Origin: an uncultured Actinomycetes bacterium
Lineage (GTDB): Bacteria > Actinomycetota > Thermoleophilia > UBA2241
DNA: 64,000 bases
Reading direction: 5' to 3'
NCBI GenBank assembly: GCA_963725665.1
Contig: CAVRZA010000002.1
Span: forward strand, 192,001-256,000
Shown here one piece after another: positions 40,256 to 50,954 of this stretch; positions within the stretch are counted from its first letter, which is position 1; the number at the start of each line of letters is the position of its first letter. A program made the translations under genes and the position numbers. Under the pieces are notes generated by a model, which worked only from the letters and a program-made list of their open reading frames with translations, made no database searches and was not told where the DNA came from.

Positions 40256-40675
40256 ATGTCGAACGCCACCGCAGTCGGCTCGGGCACCAAAGAGGATCCC
40301 TGGGTGCTCAAGACGCCACCCGGCACCTCGGAGTACCTCATGTACCGTGACGAGTCGGCAGACCCGCCGGCGCTGGTCTGCATCGTAGGCAAGACGACGC
40401 TCGGCTATCGCCTGCGCGCGATCGAGGACCTGCACGCGTGGCTGAAGGAGCGCGGCGACTGGGTACCGCTCGGCGCCGCGGACGAACAGAAGCCTGCCGC
40501 CCCCGACACCGTGGAGGCGTGGGGTCGCTCCGAGGCCAACCCTGTAGGAGGCTGGTACGGACTCAAGAAGGGTCTGCGCGGACGCTTCGCGATGTACCTG
40601 CCGCCCTTGCTCGAGGCACTGGGGCTCGCCGAGCTCGAGCACAACCCCCGCAACAACCGTATGCGGGCGCTCTAG
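40256..40675 (+). CDS. Conserved hypothetical protein (DUF6855-like)
   Basis: GTKEDPWVLKTPPG...LGAADEQK...NPVGGWYGLKKGLRGRF...HNPRNNRMRA. Confidence 0.75.
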   Translation: MSNATAVGSGTKEDPWVLKTPPGTSEYLMYRDESADPPALVCIVGKTTLGYRLRAIEDLHAWLKERGDWVPLGAADEQKPAAPDTVEAWGRSEANPVGGWYGLKKGLRGRFAMYLPPLLEALGLAELEHNPRNNRMRAL

Positions 40676-40761
40676 TCACCGGCTGCAGAGCGTATCGGCG
40701 TTCTTCGCGGAGTCGGAGCGCGAGCTCCCGAACGGAGCGCGCAGGCTTACGGAGGTACCGC

Positions 40762-41586
40762 ATGAGTGGTCGAGCAGCACAGGATCCCATCGAGCGTCCG
40801 CTGGCTCTGGTCACGGGCGCCTCGTCCGGCATCGGTCAGGCCCTGGCCGAGCGCCTGGCGCGCGACGGTCATGATCTCATCGTCGTCGCGCGCCGCCGCG
40901 AGCGCCTGGAGGCGCTCGCCGAGCGGCTCGCCGCCGAGACCGGGGCGAGCGTCGAGGCGCACGTGGCCGACCTCACCCGGGACGACGACGTCGCTGCCGT
41001 CGAGCGGCGCATCGCCGGCGAGCCGCGCCTGTCGCTGCTTGTGAACAACGCCGGGTTCTCCGGCTACGGACCCTTCACCGAGGTCGATCCGGCGACGTTG
41101 CGGGAAGTGATCGCCATCCACGCCGTGACGCCGATGCGCCTGACCCGCGCGGCGCTGCCGGGCATGCTCGCGCGCGGGTCAGGCGCGATCGTCAATGTCG
41201 CCTCGCTGCTCTCGCTGAGCGGCCCCGTCCCTCTACGCATGGGAGGTCGGGCTACCTACGCGGGCGCCAAGTCGTTCCAGCTCGTCTTCACGCAGTCCCT
41301 GGCGCAGGAGCTCGATGGCTCGGGCGTGCGCGCCATGGTCTGCCTGCCCGGCATGGTTGAGAGCGAGTTTCACGGCATCACGACGGGTAACCGGCCGCCG
41401 GGCATGCCGCCGCTGATGAGCTCCGAGGATGTGGCTACGGCGATCGTCGCAGGACTCGCCCGCGGCGAGGTCGTCTGCGTGCCTGGGCTCGAGGACGACT
41501 CGGTGTTCGAGGAGCTCGCCGAGCTACAGCGGGCCGCGCTCGCCGGAGGGAACATGAGCGGACAGCTGGCGTCGCGGTACCGCTAG
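40762..41586 (+). CDS. SDR oxidoreductase
   Basis: TGASSGIG, NNAG, YAGAK. Confidence 0.9.
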   Translation: MSGRAAQDPIERPLALVTGASSGIGQALAERLARDGHDLIVVARRRERLEALAERLAAETGASVEAHVADLTRDDDVAAVERRIAGEPRLSLLVNNAGFSGYGPFTEVDPATLREVIAIHAVTPMRLTRAALPGMLARGSGAIVNVASLLSLSGPVPLRMGGRATYAGAKSFQLVFTQSLAQELDGSGVRAMVCLPGMVESEFHGITTGNRPPGMPPLMSSEDVATAIVAGLARGEVVCVPGLEDDSVFEELAELQRAALAGGNMSGQLASRYR

Positions 41587-41797
41587 AGCGGGGAACCAGC
41601 TACCTGGCGAGCTTCGACAGGGCCCCCTGCTCGGCAGCTCTTCGTACCTCGACCAAAGCTGCCTGACTCTGCGAAGACGGCGCAAGCTCAGGGTGCGCGC
41701 GCAGCCGAGGGGTTTGAGCGCCTTCTCGGGGGGTGAAACGCGTGAAGGCACCGAATCTGTTTGAGAAGCCCACCTCGTCAATCGAAGACCGACTGTC

Positions 41798-42730
41798 ATG
41801 GACAACCACGGGACCGCAAACCCCAGCACGGCTCCGATCGTGCAAGGCGAAGCGCTGACCAAGCGCTTCGGGACGCTGCTCGCCGTCGATGATCTCTCGT
41901 TCTCGCTCGCGGCGGGGACGATCACCGGCTTTCTCGGCCCCAACGGTGCCGGCAAGACCACGACGCTGCGCATGCTGCTCGGCCTCGCTGCACCGACGAG
42001 CGGGCGGGCGCTTGTCTTCGGCCGGCCGTATGCGGAGCTGCAGCGGCCGGCCCTTCGCATCGGCGCGGTGCTCGAGGCCACCGACTTTCACCCCGGCCGC
42101 ACGGGGCGCGACCACCTGCGGACATTGAGCCGTTCGGTCGGCCTGCCCGATGCGCGGGTCGACGAGGTGCTGCGCCTGGTCGAGCTCGACGGCGTGGCTA
42201 AGCGGCGCGTCAAGGGCTATTCACTCGGTATGCGGCAGCGGCTGGGGCTCGCCTCGGCGCTGCTCGGCGACCCGGAGCTGCTGATCCTCGACGAACCCGC
42301 CAACGGCCTCGACCCGGAGGGCGTGCGCTGGCTGCGCGACTTCATGCGCGCCTTTGCCACCGAGGGCAGAACGGTCCTGGTCTCAAGTCACGTGCTCGCC
42401 GAGGTGGCGCAGACCGTCGATCAGGTGCTGATCATCAACCGCGGCCGGCTCGTGGCGGAGTCTCCGCTCTCGCAGTTGACCGCCCGCCTCGGCGGTTCCG
42501 TGCGCGTACGCACCCCCGAGCCAGGGCGCCTGCAGGAGGCATTGCGACGCGAACAGATCGAGACCGCCACCAGCAACGGACAGGCGCTGCTGGCCTACGG
42601 AACGACGAGCGAGCGCGTCGGCGACATCGCGTTCGCCGCGGGCATCCGGGTGCACGAGCTCGTCGCTCAGAGCTCCTCGCTGGAGGACGTCTTCCTCGAG
42701 CTCACCGCGGAGGAGGCGCCGCAATCATGA
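41798..42730 (+). CDS. ABC exporter ATP-binding subunit (BcrA-like)
   Basis: GPNGAGKTT, YSLGMRQR, LDEPANGLDP. Confidence 0.92.
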   Translation: MDNHGTANPSTAPIVQGEALTKRFGTLLAVDDLSFSLAAGTITGFLGPNGAGKTTTLRMLLGLAAPTSGRALVFGRPYAELQRPALRIGAVLEATDFHPGRTGRDHLRTLSRSVGLPDARVDEVLRLVELDGVAKRRVKGYSLGMRQRLGLASALLGDPELLILDEPANGLDPEGVRWLRDFMRAFATEGRTVLVSSHVLAEVAQTVDQVLIINRGRLVAESPLSQLTARLGGSVRVRTPEPGRLQEALRREQIETATSNGQALLAYGTTSERVGDIAFAAGIRVHELVAQSSSLEDVFLELTAEEAPQS

Positions 42731-43461
42731 TCGGCCAGATGCGGGCAGAGCTGCTCAAGATGCGTTCGACGCGCACGACGCTCGGGCTTGTGCTCGGCAT
42801 GATCGTGCTCATCGCGCTCCTGGCCCTTGTGACCGCGCTGCTCAGCAAGGGCGCCGTGCTTGCCGGCAGTGAGAACCAGCGCGAGCTCCTCAACGTGGGC
42901 GGCCTCGCGGGACTCTTTGCGGCGCTCGCCGGAATACTGCTCGTGACCGGCGAGTTCCGCTTCGGCACGATCCGGCCGACCTTCTTGTTCGAGCCGCGGC
43001 GCTCGCGTGTCCTCACGGCCAAGGTCGGCGCCGGCCTGCTCGCGGGGCTCGTCTTCGGTGTCGCCGGCGAGGCGCTCGTGTTCGTGATCTACTACGCGGT
43101 CCTTCGCGGTCGCGACATCCCGTTCGTTCTCGGCGCCGGTGAGGTGACGCTTCTGGTGCTCGGCACCCTGGCGGGGGTCGCGCTCTGGGGCGCGATCGGG
43201 GTCGGGATCGGCGCCGTCGTGCGCAATCAGGTCGCCGCTATAGTCGGTCTGCTGGCCTGGGGCTTCGTTGTCGAGAACCTGCTCTTCGGCTTCGTTCCAC
43301 GGGTCGGGCGTTTCGGCCCGACTCACGCAGGAGAAGCGCTTGGTGGCCTCGGCGGCCCGCACGACTTGTCGCCTGCGGCCGGCGCGGCAGTCCTGGTGGC
43401 CTGGACGGCGGCGCTCGCGTTCGCGGGCATCATGCTCACGGCCCGCCGCGACGTCGACTGA
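42727..43461 (+). CDS. ABC-2 permease
   Basis: AELLKMRS, GEFRFGTIRPTF, six TM helices, RRDVD end. Confidence 0.88.
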   Translation: MIGQMRAELLKMRSTRTTLGLVLGMIVLIALLALVTALLSKGAVLAGSENQRELLNVGGLAGLFAALAGILLVTGEFRFGTIRPTFLFEPRRSRVLTAKVGAGLLAGLVFGVAGEALVFVIYYAVLRGRDIPFVLGAGEVTLLVLGTLAGVALWGAIGVGIGAVVRNQVAAIVGLLAWGFVVENLLFGFVPRVGRFGPTHAGEALGGLGGPHDLSPAAGAAVLVAWTAALAFAGIMLTARRDVD

Positions 43462-43476
43462 GAGCCGGAAGCGCTT

Positions 43477-44275
43477 CTAGTCGCCTCCGCCCTTTCCCCC
43501 GGCGTGACAGTGAATGCAGTCCGCCAACGCGGCGAGGTTCTTGCCCTCATGTTCGCCAAGGACGTTGGCCGGCGTGTGCCGGTGGCATCCGTAGCAGGTG
43601 TAGGTGCTGAGGTTCGTCGGATGGCACGTCTTGCATGTGGAGGCTTGCTGGTCGGTGCCGTGGTTGACCGGGAAGATCTTGTGGTCGAACGTCGCGTCGG
43701 CCCAGCTCGTCGTGTTGTGGCACTGTCCGCACAGCTGCCCGAATGACCCCCCGTGCTTGTCGTCCTTGGCGTGACAGGAGTAGCAGTCCTGAGGTGCGTT
43801 GCGCAGGTCCTGCAACGAGGTGGCGCTTGCGTGACACTGCTGGCACGGCACGCTGGCGTGCTTGCCGGTGAGCTTGAACGGAAACGAGCTGTGGTTGAAG
43901 TTGGCGGTCAGCGGGCCGTTAGGCCCGAGGTGCTCCGAATGGCAAGCCTTGCAGCTCGATGACATCGCCCCGAGCATGCCGCCGTGGATGCCGCTGTGGC
44001 CCTGGACCTGCGTGCGCACATCAGTGTGGCAGGCCATGCACAGGTCGTCCATGGACTTGGAGCTCCAGGGGGCGGCGTGACAAGCGCCGCAATCACGCGC
44101 TAGCTGAGCGTGACTGGTGACACCGCCCAGCGTCTGGGCCTTGGCCTGCGAGTTCAGCGCCCCTGGGCTGAACAGGCCCGGACCCATGACCAGCATCCAG
44201 GCGAGGAGGCCCAGGAGGGTGACGACGGCGACCAGGATTCGTGCGCCGGAGAGGAAGACGCGGTCCGTCTTTCAC
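43477..44275 (-). CDS. Membrane-anchored nonaheme cytochrome c (probable indel in the first codons)
   Basis: Nine CxxCH motifs (CGACH, CMACH, CKACH, CQQCH, CYSCH, CGQCH, CKTCH, CYGCH, CIHCH), FNH..FPFKLTGKH repeat, N-terminal TM helix. Confidence 0.88.
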
Positions 44276-44295
44276 AGTCGCACCCTCACTTGTCG

Positions 44296-44946
44296 CTACC
44301 GGGCCGCGTAGTAGATGGCCGCGACCGTGTGGACGAGGGCGGTGATCACGAGCGCCCAGGTGAGGGGGACGTGGAAGGAACGCCAGGTCGCCAGTGCGCT
44401 CCTCCGCGCCGCGAGTCGATCAAACCGCTGGTCTGTGCCCGACGCCCCGTGAGGGGCGATGGGGGCTGTTTCGGGCGCAGTCGAAGCCATCGACAGCGCG
44501 GCGTACGAGCGTGCGAACCGGCGATCCAGCCCGATCACCTCAGGCTCTGCGCCTGCGACCACGCGAGGCACACTGGTGTAGATGTAGCGCCCCACGACGC
44601 CGCTGATCACCACGACGACGGTCAGGAGCATCGCCAGACCGGCTAGCCCCTGGAAGCGCATGGCCGTGTGCAGCAGCACCATGTAGGGGCCGACTATCCC
44701 GGTGACCATGTGGAACCTGAGCCAGCGCTCCATGCTACCCCAGCGGGCCTCGGTCGCGAGCTTGCGGATCGAGTACAAGGTCGCGGTCATCACCATGAGG
44801 ACGAAGCCCGCGATGCCGATCCCGTGACCCACGAGACCCGACGCCGAGGGGAACGTGCCCGCCTGCTGGTATGCGAGCACGTAGAGGCCCGTCGTGGCGG
44901 CGATCGCTACGAGTGCGTACCAGAGCTCCTGGTGTCGCCTAAGCAA
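44296..44946 (-). CDS. His-rich membrane protein (cytochrome b/ferric-reductase-like)
   Basis: About 5 TM helices with VGHG, WLRFHMVTG, LLHT, FHVPL and LVHT. TTG start overlaps the upstream stop. Confidence 0.65.
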   Translation of the reverse strand: MLRRHQELWYALVAIAATTGLYVLAYQQAGTFPSASGLVGHGIGIAGFVLMVMTATLYSIRKLATEARWGSMERWLRFHMVTGIVGPYMVLLHTAMRFQGLAGLAMLLTVVVVISGVVGRYIYTSVPRVVAGAEPEVIGLDRRFARSYAALSMASTAPETAPIAPHGASGTDQRFDRLAARRSALATWRSFHVPLTWALVITALVHTVAAIYYAAR

Positions 44947-46255
44947 ACTGCCACCTCGCGCTCGACCAGAAGTCGGCCACGATCTCGGCGATCGGAGCCG
45001 CCGGCTTCTGCAAGCTCGGCATGATGTCGGAGACGTCGGCGCGGGCGCCGACGAGCCCCTGCAGGGGGAAGGAGACCTCGTGGTCCCCCATGACGACGGC
45101 GCCGGCGATGGTGCTCTGCCCCAGAGCGAGCCGTATGTGGCTCTTGCCGCTGCGCGACTCGACGATCGACGCCTCGCCAAGCTCTGCCCACGTTTGGCTG
45201 TCGCCGCGGGAGAGTCCCTCCAGATCGGACCCCCGGCCTTCGCCGACGGTGCCGATGATCGTGATCTTGAAGCCGCCCAGACGGGTGACGTTCAGGGGGG
45301 TGCCCGTGTCGTAGACGTGGGCGGGTTCGGTCGCCATGTTGAGGCCGGCGATGCGGCCCTTGGCCACGGCCGAGCTCCACAGGACCTCCATGGTGCGCCG
45401 GTCGGTGCGCGCGGCGAGCACCTCGGCGACGTCGCCCGCCGCGAAGATGTCGTCGTCACTCGAGCGCAGGTACTCGTCGACGAGGATCCCGCGCCCGCAC
45501 TCGAGCCCGGCATCCTCGGCCAGCTCGATCTTCGGGCGGACGCCTACGGCCACGGCCACGAGATCGCAGGCGATCTGCGTGCCGTCGCCGGTCTCGACGC
45601 CTGTGACCCGGTCATCCCGACCGATGATCCGGGCAAGCTCGGTGAAGGTGTGGATCCGCAAGCCCCGCCCGACGAGCCCCTGCTCGACGAGGTGCGATTC
45701 GGACTCCGAGAGGACGTTGCTCCAGTAGCGGTCCTTGCGCATGAAGTAGTGCACCTTCATGCCACGGGCGCTCAGGCCTTCGGCGATCTCGAGGGCGGTG
45801 ATGCCGCCGCCGACCACCACCGCCGTCTTGGCGTGGCCGCTCCTGCGGATCAGATCGCGGGCGTCGTCCAAGTCGTCGAGCTTGACCACCCCGTCGAGTT
45901 GCGCGCCGGGCACGCTGGCGGTGATCGCCGTCGAGCCCGTAGCGATGAGCAGGCGATCGTAGGGAAGCTCTCGGGCGTTCTGCAGCGTCACCTTGTGGGC
46001 CGCGGGGTCGATGTGCACGGCGCGCTCGTGCAGCACCTGGAGGTTGAGGCGGGCGAAGTCCTGGGGTGTGAAGGGAAAGAGCCCTTCCTCGGGCAGCTCT
46101 TTGGTCAGATAGTAGGCGAGACCGGGGCGCGAGTAGTAGCCGTGGGGCTCGACGCCGACGATCACGATATCGGCCTGGTCGTCGCAGCGGCGGATCGTCT
46201 CAGCGGCCGATATGGCGCCGGGGCCACTGCCGATCAAGATGTGGCGCCTGGCCAT
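44939..46255 (-). CDS. FAD-dependent pyridine nucleotide oxidoreductase (NirB/rubredoxin reductase-like)
   Basis: IGSGPGA, YSRPGL, LIATG, GGGITALE, FAAGDVAE. Confidence 0.9.
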   Translation of the reverse strand: MARRHILIGSGPGAISAAETIRRCDDQADIVIVGVEPHGYYSRPGLAYYLTKELPEEGLFPFTPQDFARLNLQVLHERAVHIDPAAHKVTLQNARELPYDRLLIATGSTAITASVPGAQLDGVVKLDDLDDARDLIRRSGHAKTAVVVGGGITALEIAEGLSARGMKVHYFMRKDRYWSNVLSESESHLVEQGLVGRGLRIHTFTELARIIGRDDRVTGVETGDGTQIACDLVAVAVGVRPKIELAEDAGLECGRGILVDEYLRSSDDDIFAAGDVAEVLAARTDRRTMEVLWSSAVAKGRIAGLNMATEPAHVYDTGTPLNVTRLGGFKITIIGTVGEGRGSDLEGLSRGDSQTWAELGEASIVESRSGKSHIRLALGQSTIAGAVVMGDHEVSFPLQGLVGARADVSDIMPSLQKPAAPIAEIVADFWSSARWQFA

Positions 46256-46256
46256 G

Positions 46257-46541
46257 TCAGAGGACCTTCTTGCTCGGCCGGGCGAGCACCGCGGTGGCCC
46301 TGATCGGTTCGAAGCGCAGCAGTCTGCGGGGGCAGCGTCTCACGCACTCGCCGCAGGTCAGGCAATGGCTGTTCGTCACCGGTTCGCTCCGCCAGACGTG
46401 CCGCCGCACGTCGATCCCCATGGGGCAGCTGAACGAGCAGATCCCGCACTGGACGCAGCGGCTCGGCTCGGGCACGACCCATCCTGCCGCGAGGGCCTTA
46501 TGGTCTGCTCTATCGGTTGCGAACCAGCCGAGGGGGCCCAT
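46257..46541 (-). CDS. 2[4Fe-4S] ferredoxin
   Basis: CVQCGICSFSCP and CLTCGECVRRCP. Confidence 0.88.
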   Translation of the reverse strand: MGPLGWFATDRADHKALAAGWVVPEPSRCVQCGICSFSCPMGIDVRRHVWRSEPVTNSHCLTCGECVRRCPRRLLRFEPIRATAVLARPSKKVL

Positions 46542-46624
46542 GGTCACCCTTTCCACAGCGCGGGCAGTCGTAGGGCGAGACGTGGTGTGCAACGCACACC
46601 GCGCCTCGCCCCGTATTGCACATT

Positions 46625-47028
46625 CTACATCTGCGGCGGCTTATGTACACCGATGCGGTTGCCCTCGGTGTCCTTGAAGAAGCCGACGCTAGCCGACCAT
46701 ATCGCCCATGAACTGGCACCTCTTGCAGGATCTCCCCACCGGCGTCCGCGGCGCGCCGGAGCATGCCCTCCGGATCGCCGCCGCTGTTGAGGTAGATGGT
46801 GCAGCCGTCGGTGCTAGGCTTGTTAGCCGCCACGACGGCCAGGTCGAAGGCCACCGGGAACGGGGGCTCCATGGTCGAGGGGTCGAAGTCCGCGGGCGGA
46901 GCCTCGAGCGCGACGCCCTCCATACCCTCCATGCGCTTGAACTCACGTTGCAGGACCGCACCGTAGAACTTCATGGCGCGATCAAGATCAGTGACTGGGA
47001 TATCCGCCCAGACTACGGTGTTCTCCAT
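46625..47028 (-). CDS. VOC/glyoxalase protein (frameshifted near the C-terminus)
   Basis: WADIPVTDLDRAMKFY...FFKDTEGNRIGVH. Confidence 0.82.
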
Positions 47029-47136
47029 GTCTCATCCTTTGCTCGTGCCGCTTGCCTTGATGGCTACTGTCCGACAGCGGGAACATCCCCCGGTGGTCGA
47101 GACCGCCTAACCACTCAAGTCAGGCCGGCACGGCCC

Positions 47137-47915
47137 TCACTTCGCCAGGCGCCGGAACGCCAGCAGCGTGCCGGTCTGCAGGATCGCGCCGACGATGAGG
47201 AGCGACAGCACGGCCTTGCCGATCGCGCGCCCAGTCGTAGCCCACGACCATGAGCCTGCGGATCGCCTCGATCTGGAAGGTGACCGGGTTCCAGTCGTTG
47301 ACCGTCTGCATCCAGCCCGGCATGACGGCGCGCGGCACGAAGGCCGTCGAGATGAAGACCACTGGAAACATGAGCAGCGATATCGCGCTCGCCGCCTGCT
47401 CGCTCTTGGTCAGCAGCGCGGCCATGAAGCTCACGCCGGCAAAGGCGATGCCGAAGAGCCCCGACAGGGCCAGGATGAGAAGCAGCCCACCGACGCCCGT
47501 GACGAGCGACGCGCCGAGCAGCAGGCTCACGACCAGCAGGACGCCGGCCATGATGGCCGCCTCGAAGAAGAGCGGCACCATCTCGCCGGCGAGGATCGAC
47601 TGTCGACCGATGGGGCTCGCCCTGAGCTTGTCGAGGTAGCCGTTGCGATACTCGACCAGCATGCCGTAGCCGGCCCAGCCCACGGCCAGGAACGACGCGA
47701 ACACGATCTGCCCCGGCGCGAGGTAGGCCAGGTAGCGTCTGGCGACCGAACGCCGGCAACTGGACGATGTCCTTGTAGAGCTGGCTGAACACGAGGAGCT
47801 GGATCAGCGGGAAGAAGATGATGCTCAGCCAGTTCGACGGCACGCGGAAGAAGCGGTGGGTGGTCCGCAGTCCCAGCCAGTAGGTCTCGTAGCCGAAGGC
47901 CGTCAGCGTGTTCAT
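47137..47915 (-). CDS. ABC-2 permease, DrrB-like (frameshifted)
   Basis: YLAPG, GYLDKLRASP, STAFVP, WNPVT. Confidence 0.83.
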
Positions 47916-47922
47916 CGCTGCC

Positions 47923-48924
47923 TCACCATCCCATGATGATCGGTTGGTCGGCCGCCTCTTCGCGGATGTGACGGCCGGTGTACTTCAGGAACACGTCGTC
48001 CAGGCTCGGCTGATTCATCTGCAGTCCGGTGATGTGCAGGCCGTTGCCGTCGATGCGGCGCATGAGCTGCGGCACCGCCGCACTGGCGTTGGGCACCGCC
48101 AGGGCGACGCCGGCGGGGTGCGCCGTCACCGCCTCGCACGGGATCACGCCCTCGAGCAGGCGGCACACGGTGGCGACCTTGTCGCCGTTGCCGCCGTTGC
48201 TCGGCTCGAGCTGCAGCACGACCGAGTCGGCGCCGACCGTCTCCTTGAGCTCCTGCGGCTCGCCGTCGACCACGATCCTGCCGTTGTCGACGATGGCCAG
48301 CCGCGAGCAGAGCCGGTCGGCCTCCTCCATGTAGTGCGTGGTCAGCAGCATCGTCGTGCCCTCGGCGCTGATGCGTTCGAGCTCCTCCCACAGGGCGGTG
48401 CGGCTCTGCGGGTCGAGTCCCTCGGTGGGTTCGTCGAGGATCAGCAGCGGCGGCTGGTGCATCAGGGCGCTGGCCAGGTCGAGACGTCGCTTCATGCCGC
48501 CCGAGTAGGTGCCGGTGAGCTTCTTGGCCACCGACGCCAGACCCATCAGTTCGAGCAGCTCGTCGGCGCGACGGCGGAGCTGGCCGGCCGGCAGCCGGTG
48601 CAGCCGGCCGGCCAGCTCGAGCGTCTCGCGCCCGGTCGAGAAGGCGTCGAGGGTCGGCGTCTGCATGGCCAGACCGAGACGCTCGCGCACCTCGTGCGGA
48701 TGCGAAGCGACGTCGAAGCCGGCGACCCTGGCGACGCCCGAGGTCGGGCGCAGCAGGGTCGCCAGGATGCGGATCGTCGTCGTCTTGCCGGCGCCGTTCG
48801 GCCCCAAGAAGCCGAACAGCTCGCCGTGCGCTACGTCGAAGGTGATGCCGTCGAGCGCGCGCGTGTCGCGCCCGTAGACCTTCACCAAGTCGCGGACCTC
48901 GATGACGCTGTCAGCAGGTGTCAC
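47923..48924 (-). CDS. DrrA-like ABC ATP-binding protein
   Basis: GPNGAGKTT, YSGGMKRRLD, SLDDVFLKYTG. Confidence 0.92.
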   Translation of the reverse strand: MTPADSVIEVRDLVKVYGRDTRALDGITFDVAHGELFGFLGPNGAGKTTTIRILATLLRPTSGVARVAGFDVASHPHEVRERLGLAMQTPTLDAFSTGRETLELAGRLHRLPAGQLRRRADELLELMGLASVAKKLTGTYSGGMKRRLDLASALMHQPPLLILDEPTEGLDPQSRTALWEELERISAEGTTMLLTTHYMEEADRLCSRLAIVDNGRIVVDGEPQELKETVGADSVVLQLEPSNGGNGDKVATVCRLLEGVIPCEAVTAHPAGVALAVPNASAAVPQLMRRIDGNGLHITGLQMNQPSLDDVFLKYTGRHIREEAADQPIIMGW

Positions 48925-49034
48925 AGTGTCTCCTCGATGGCGCTGTCGCCGTCGTGATGGTGTTCTTCTGTACCGAGGCCATGCGGGAGGTTATGCCCCA
49001 GGACGCGCAGGCCAACCGGGGCGCCGCGCGGCCG

Positions 49035-49899
49035 TCAGGCCGCGCGGCGCCTGGCGTTGGCCTCCATCTTCATCCGCTGGCGCTCCTCCTGCTCCTGAAG
49101 CTCCGGCGTGAATGCCTCGCCGAACTCCTCCGCCTCGAACACCTGACGGATCTCGACCTCGGCTCCGTCGCCGAACGGAGCCCGCCTCATCCAGTCGATC
49201 GCCTCATCGAGCGACCTCGGTCTGGATGATCCAGTAGCCGGCGATCAGCTGCGTCGGCTCGGGGAAGGGTCCGCGAACGACACTCGGCGACCCGCTCGAG
49301 AAGACCACCCGCGCGCCGTCGGAGCTCGAGTGGAAGCCGTCGCCGGCCAGCATCACGCCGGCGTTGACCATCTCTTCGTTGAAGCGGACCATCTCGGCGA
49401 GCCCTTTCTCCTCGGGCATCGTTCCCGATTCGGTGTTCGCGTCGGACTTGACCAGGACCGCGAACCTCTTGGTGGCGGTCTCGCCTGCGCCGCTCGCTCT
49501 GCGGTCTGCTCCATGCGCTGGACCACGCGCAGCAGGTTGCCGTCGGGGTCGCGCATCTGGAACATCGGCGGCGAGTTCGGCCAGCGCAGGATCTCCGGGT
49601 CGACGTCGACGCCGCGGGCGCGCAGCTCGGCGTGGTCGGCCTCGACGTCGCCGGTCGTGAAGCGGATGCCGGTGTCGACGCCGGGGGCCTGTCCGGGGCC
49701 GGGAGGCGAGAGTGCGATCGTCGTCATCACTCCCGGCGCGGCCACCTCGATCCAGCGTCGACCTTGGCCGTAGGGCACGTCGATGCGCGTCTCAAAGCCG
49801 AGCTTGCCGCGCGTAGAACTCGAGCGCTCGGTCGACGTCGCTGACGGGTACGCTCACGGTGTGCACCTCTTCGATGTGCGTCCCGATCTTCTCGTTCAT
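49035..49899 (-). CDS. VOC domain followed by a YciI (DGPF) domain; probable fusion with frameshifts
   Basis: VPVSDVDRALEFY...RDPDGN has no stop before RFAVLVKSDANTESG...RFNEEMVNAGV...GPFPEP...AGYWII...EVEIRQVFEAEEFG. Confidence 0.7.
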
Positions 49900-50074
49900 G
49901 TCGTCCTCCGGTGGGTCGGAAGGGATTCGCTTCAGTGACGACCTGTTCCCGCTGCCCGACGCTTGTATGCCTCTCGTCAGGTACTTGTGCAGCCACCACA
50001 CGGCGATGCGTACATGTTTCCTCAAGGGGGCTCTTCGGTGACTAGGAAGAAGACGCCAACCCGGAGGATCCCAA

Positions 50075-50533
50075 ATGGACAGTGCGCCGGACTCGATCAC
50101 TCAGGCAGCGCAGGTCAGCGTGTCGCCGCAACTCTCCGTTCGCCGCGGCCGCGAGGCGATCGAGTTCTACAAGGCGGCCTTCGGCGCCGTCGAGATCTAC
50201 CGCGTGGGCGGTACCGATGAACACGAGTCGGTGGTCGCCCAGCTCGCCGTGGGCACTGCCTCCTTCTGGGTCTCCGACGAGTCACCGCCCAACAAGCACT
50301 TCAGCCCCGAATCGCTGGGCGGCAGCACGGTGCGCCTGCTCTTGATCGTCGAGGATCCACGCGCCACGGTCGCGCGGGCCGTGAGCTTGGGCGCCACGGA
50401 GGTCTACGCGGTCGAGGAGGCACACGGCTGGCTGCTGGGCCGGGTCGAAGATCCCTTCGGGCATCAGTGGGAGATCGGCAAGCCGCTGATCGACTGGCCG
50501 CCGCCTTCGCACGCGACCCAGGGGAGCGAGTGA
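50075..50533 (+). CDS. VOC protein (PhnB-like)
   Basis: AIEFYKAAFGA...GRVEDPFGHQW. Confidence 0.9.
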   Translation: MDSAPDSITQAAQVSVSPQLSVRRGREAIEFYKAAFGAVEIYRVGGTDEHESVVAQLAVGTASFWVSDESPPNKHFSPESLGGSTVRLLLIVEDPRATVARAVSLGATEVYAVEEAHGWLLGRVEDPFGHQWEIGKPLIDWPPPSHATQGSE

Positions 50534-50893
50534 GCGTGCCGACCAAGCGCGTCGCCTACCTGGTGCTGGGCGCGCTTCTGACGGCGCTTGCCCTGTTCGA
50601 GATGGTGAAACACGGAGGCACGACGTGGGCCGCGATCGCGTTCGTCTTCCTTGCCCGACGTGGCGCTGATCTTTGGCGCCGGGTCCGGGCTCGAGCGCGG
50701 CCAGCTGCATCCACGTGCCGTGCGCCTTTACAACGCCCTGCACAGCTTCGTCGTGCCGATCGCCCTGGTGATCGCCGGCATCTGGCTGCCCCCCGTCGTC
50801 TTCGCCGGTGGCCTCGCCTGGGGCGCGCACATCGCCTGGGATAGAGGCTTCGGGTTCGGGCAACGCACGCGCGAGGGCTTTCAGCGGCCGTAG
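50530..50893 (+). CDS. DUF4260-like membrane protein (frameshifted)
   Basis: PDVAL, YNALH, WGAHIAWDRGFGFG. Confidence 0.78.
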
Positions 50894-50954
50894 GGTTGTC
50901 GTCGCGATCGGAGCGGGGACACTTCTCATCGAAACTCATCATGGAGGCCTTGTC

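Noticed and set aside
46689-46691. In-frame TAG in the VOC gene as pyrrolysine or readthrough
   Set aside because: The downstream motif continues in a different frame, so a single-base insertion (TAC to TAGC) explains it.
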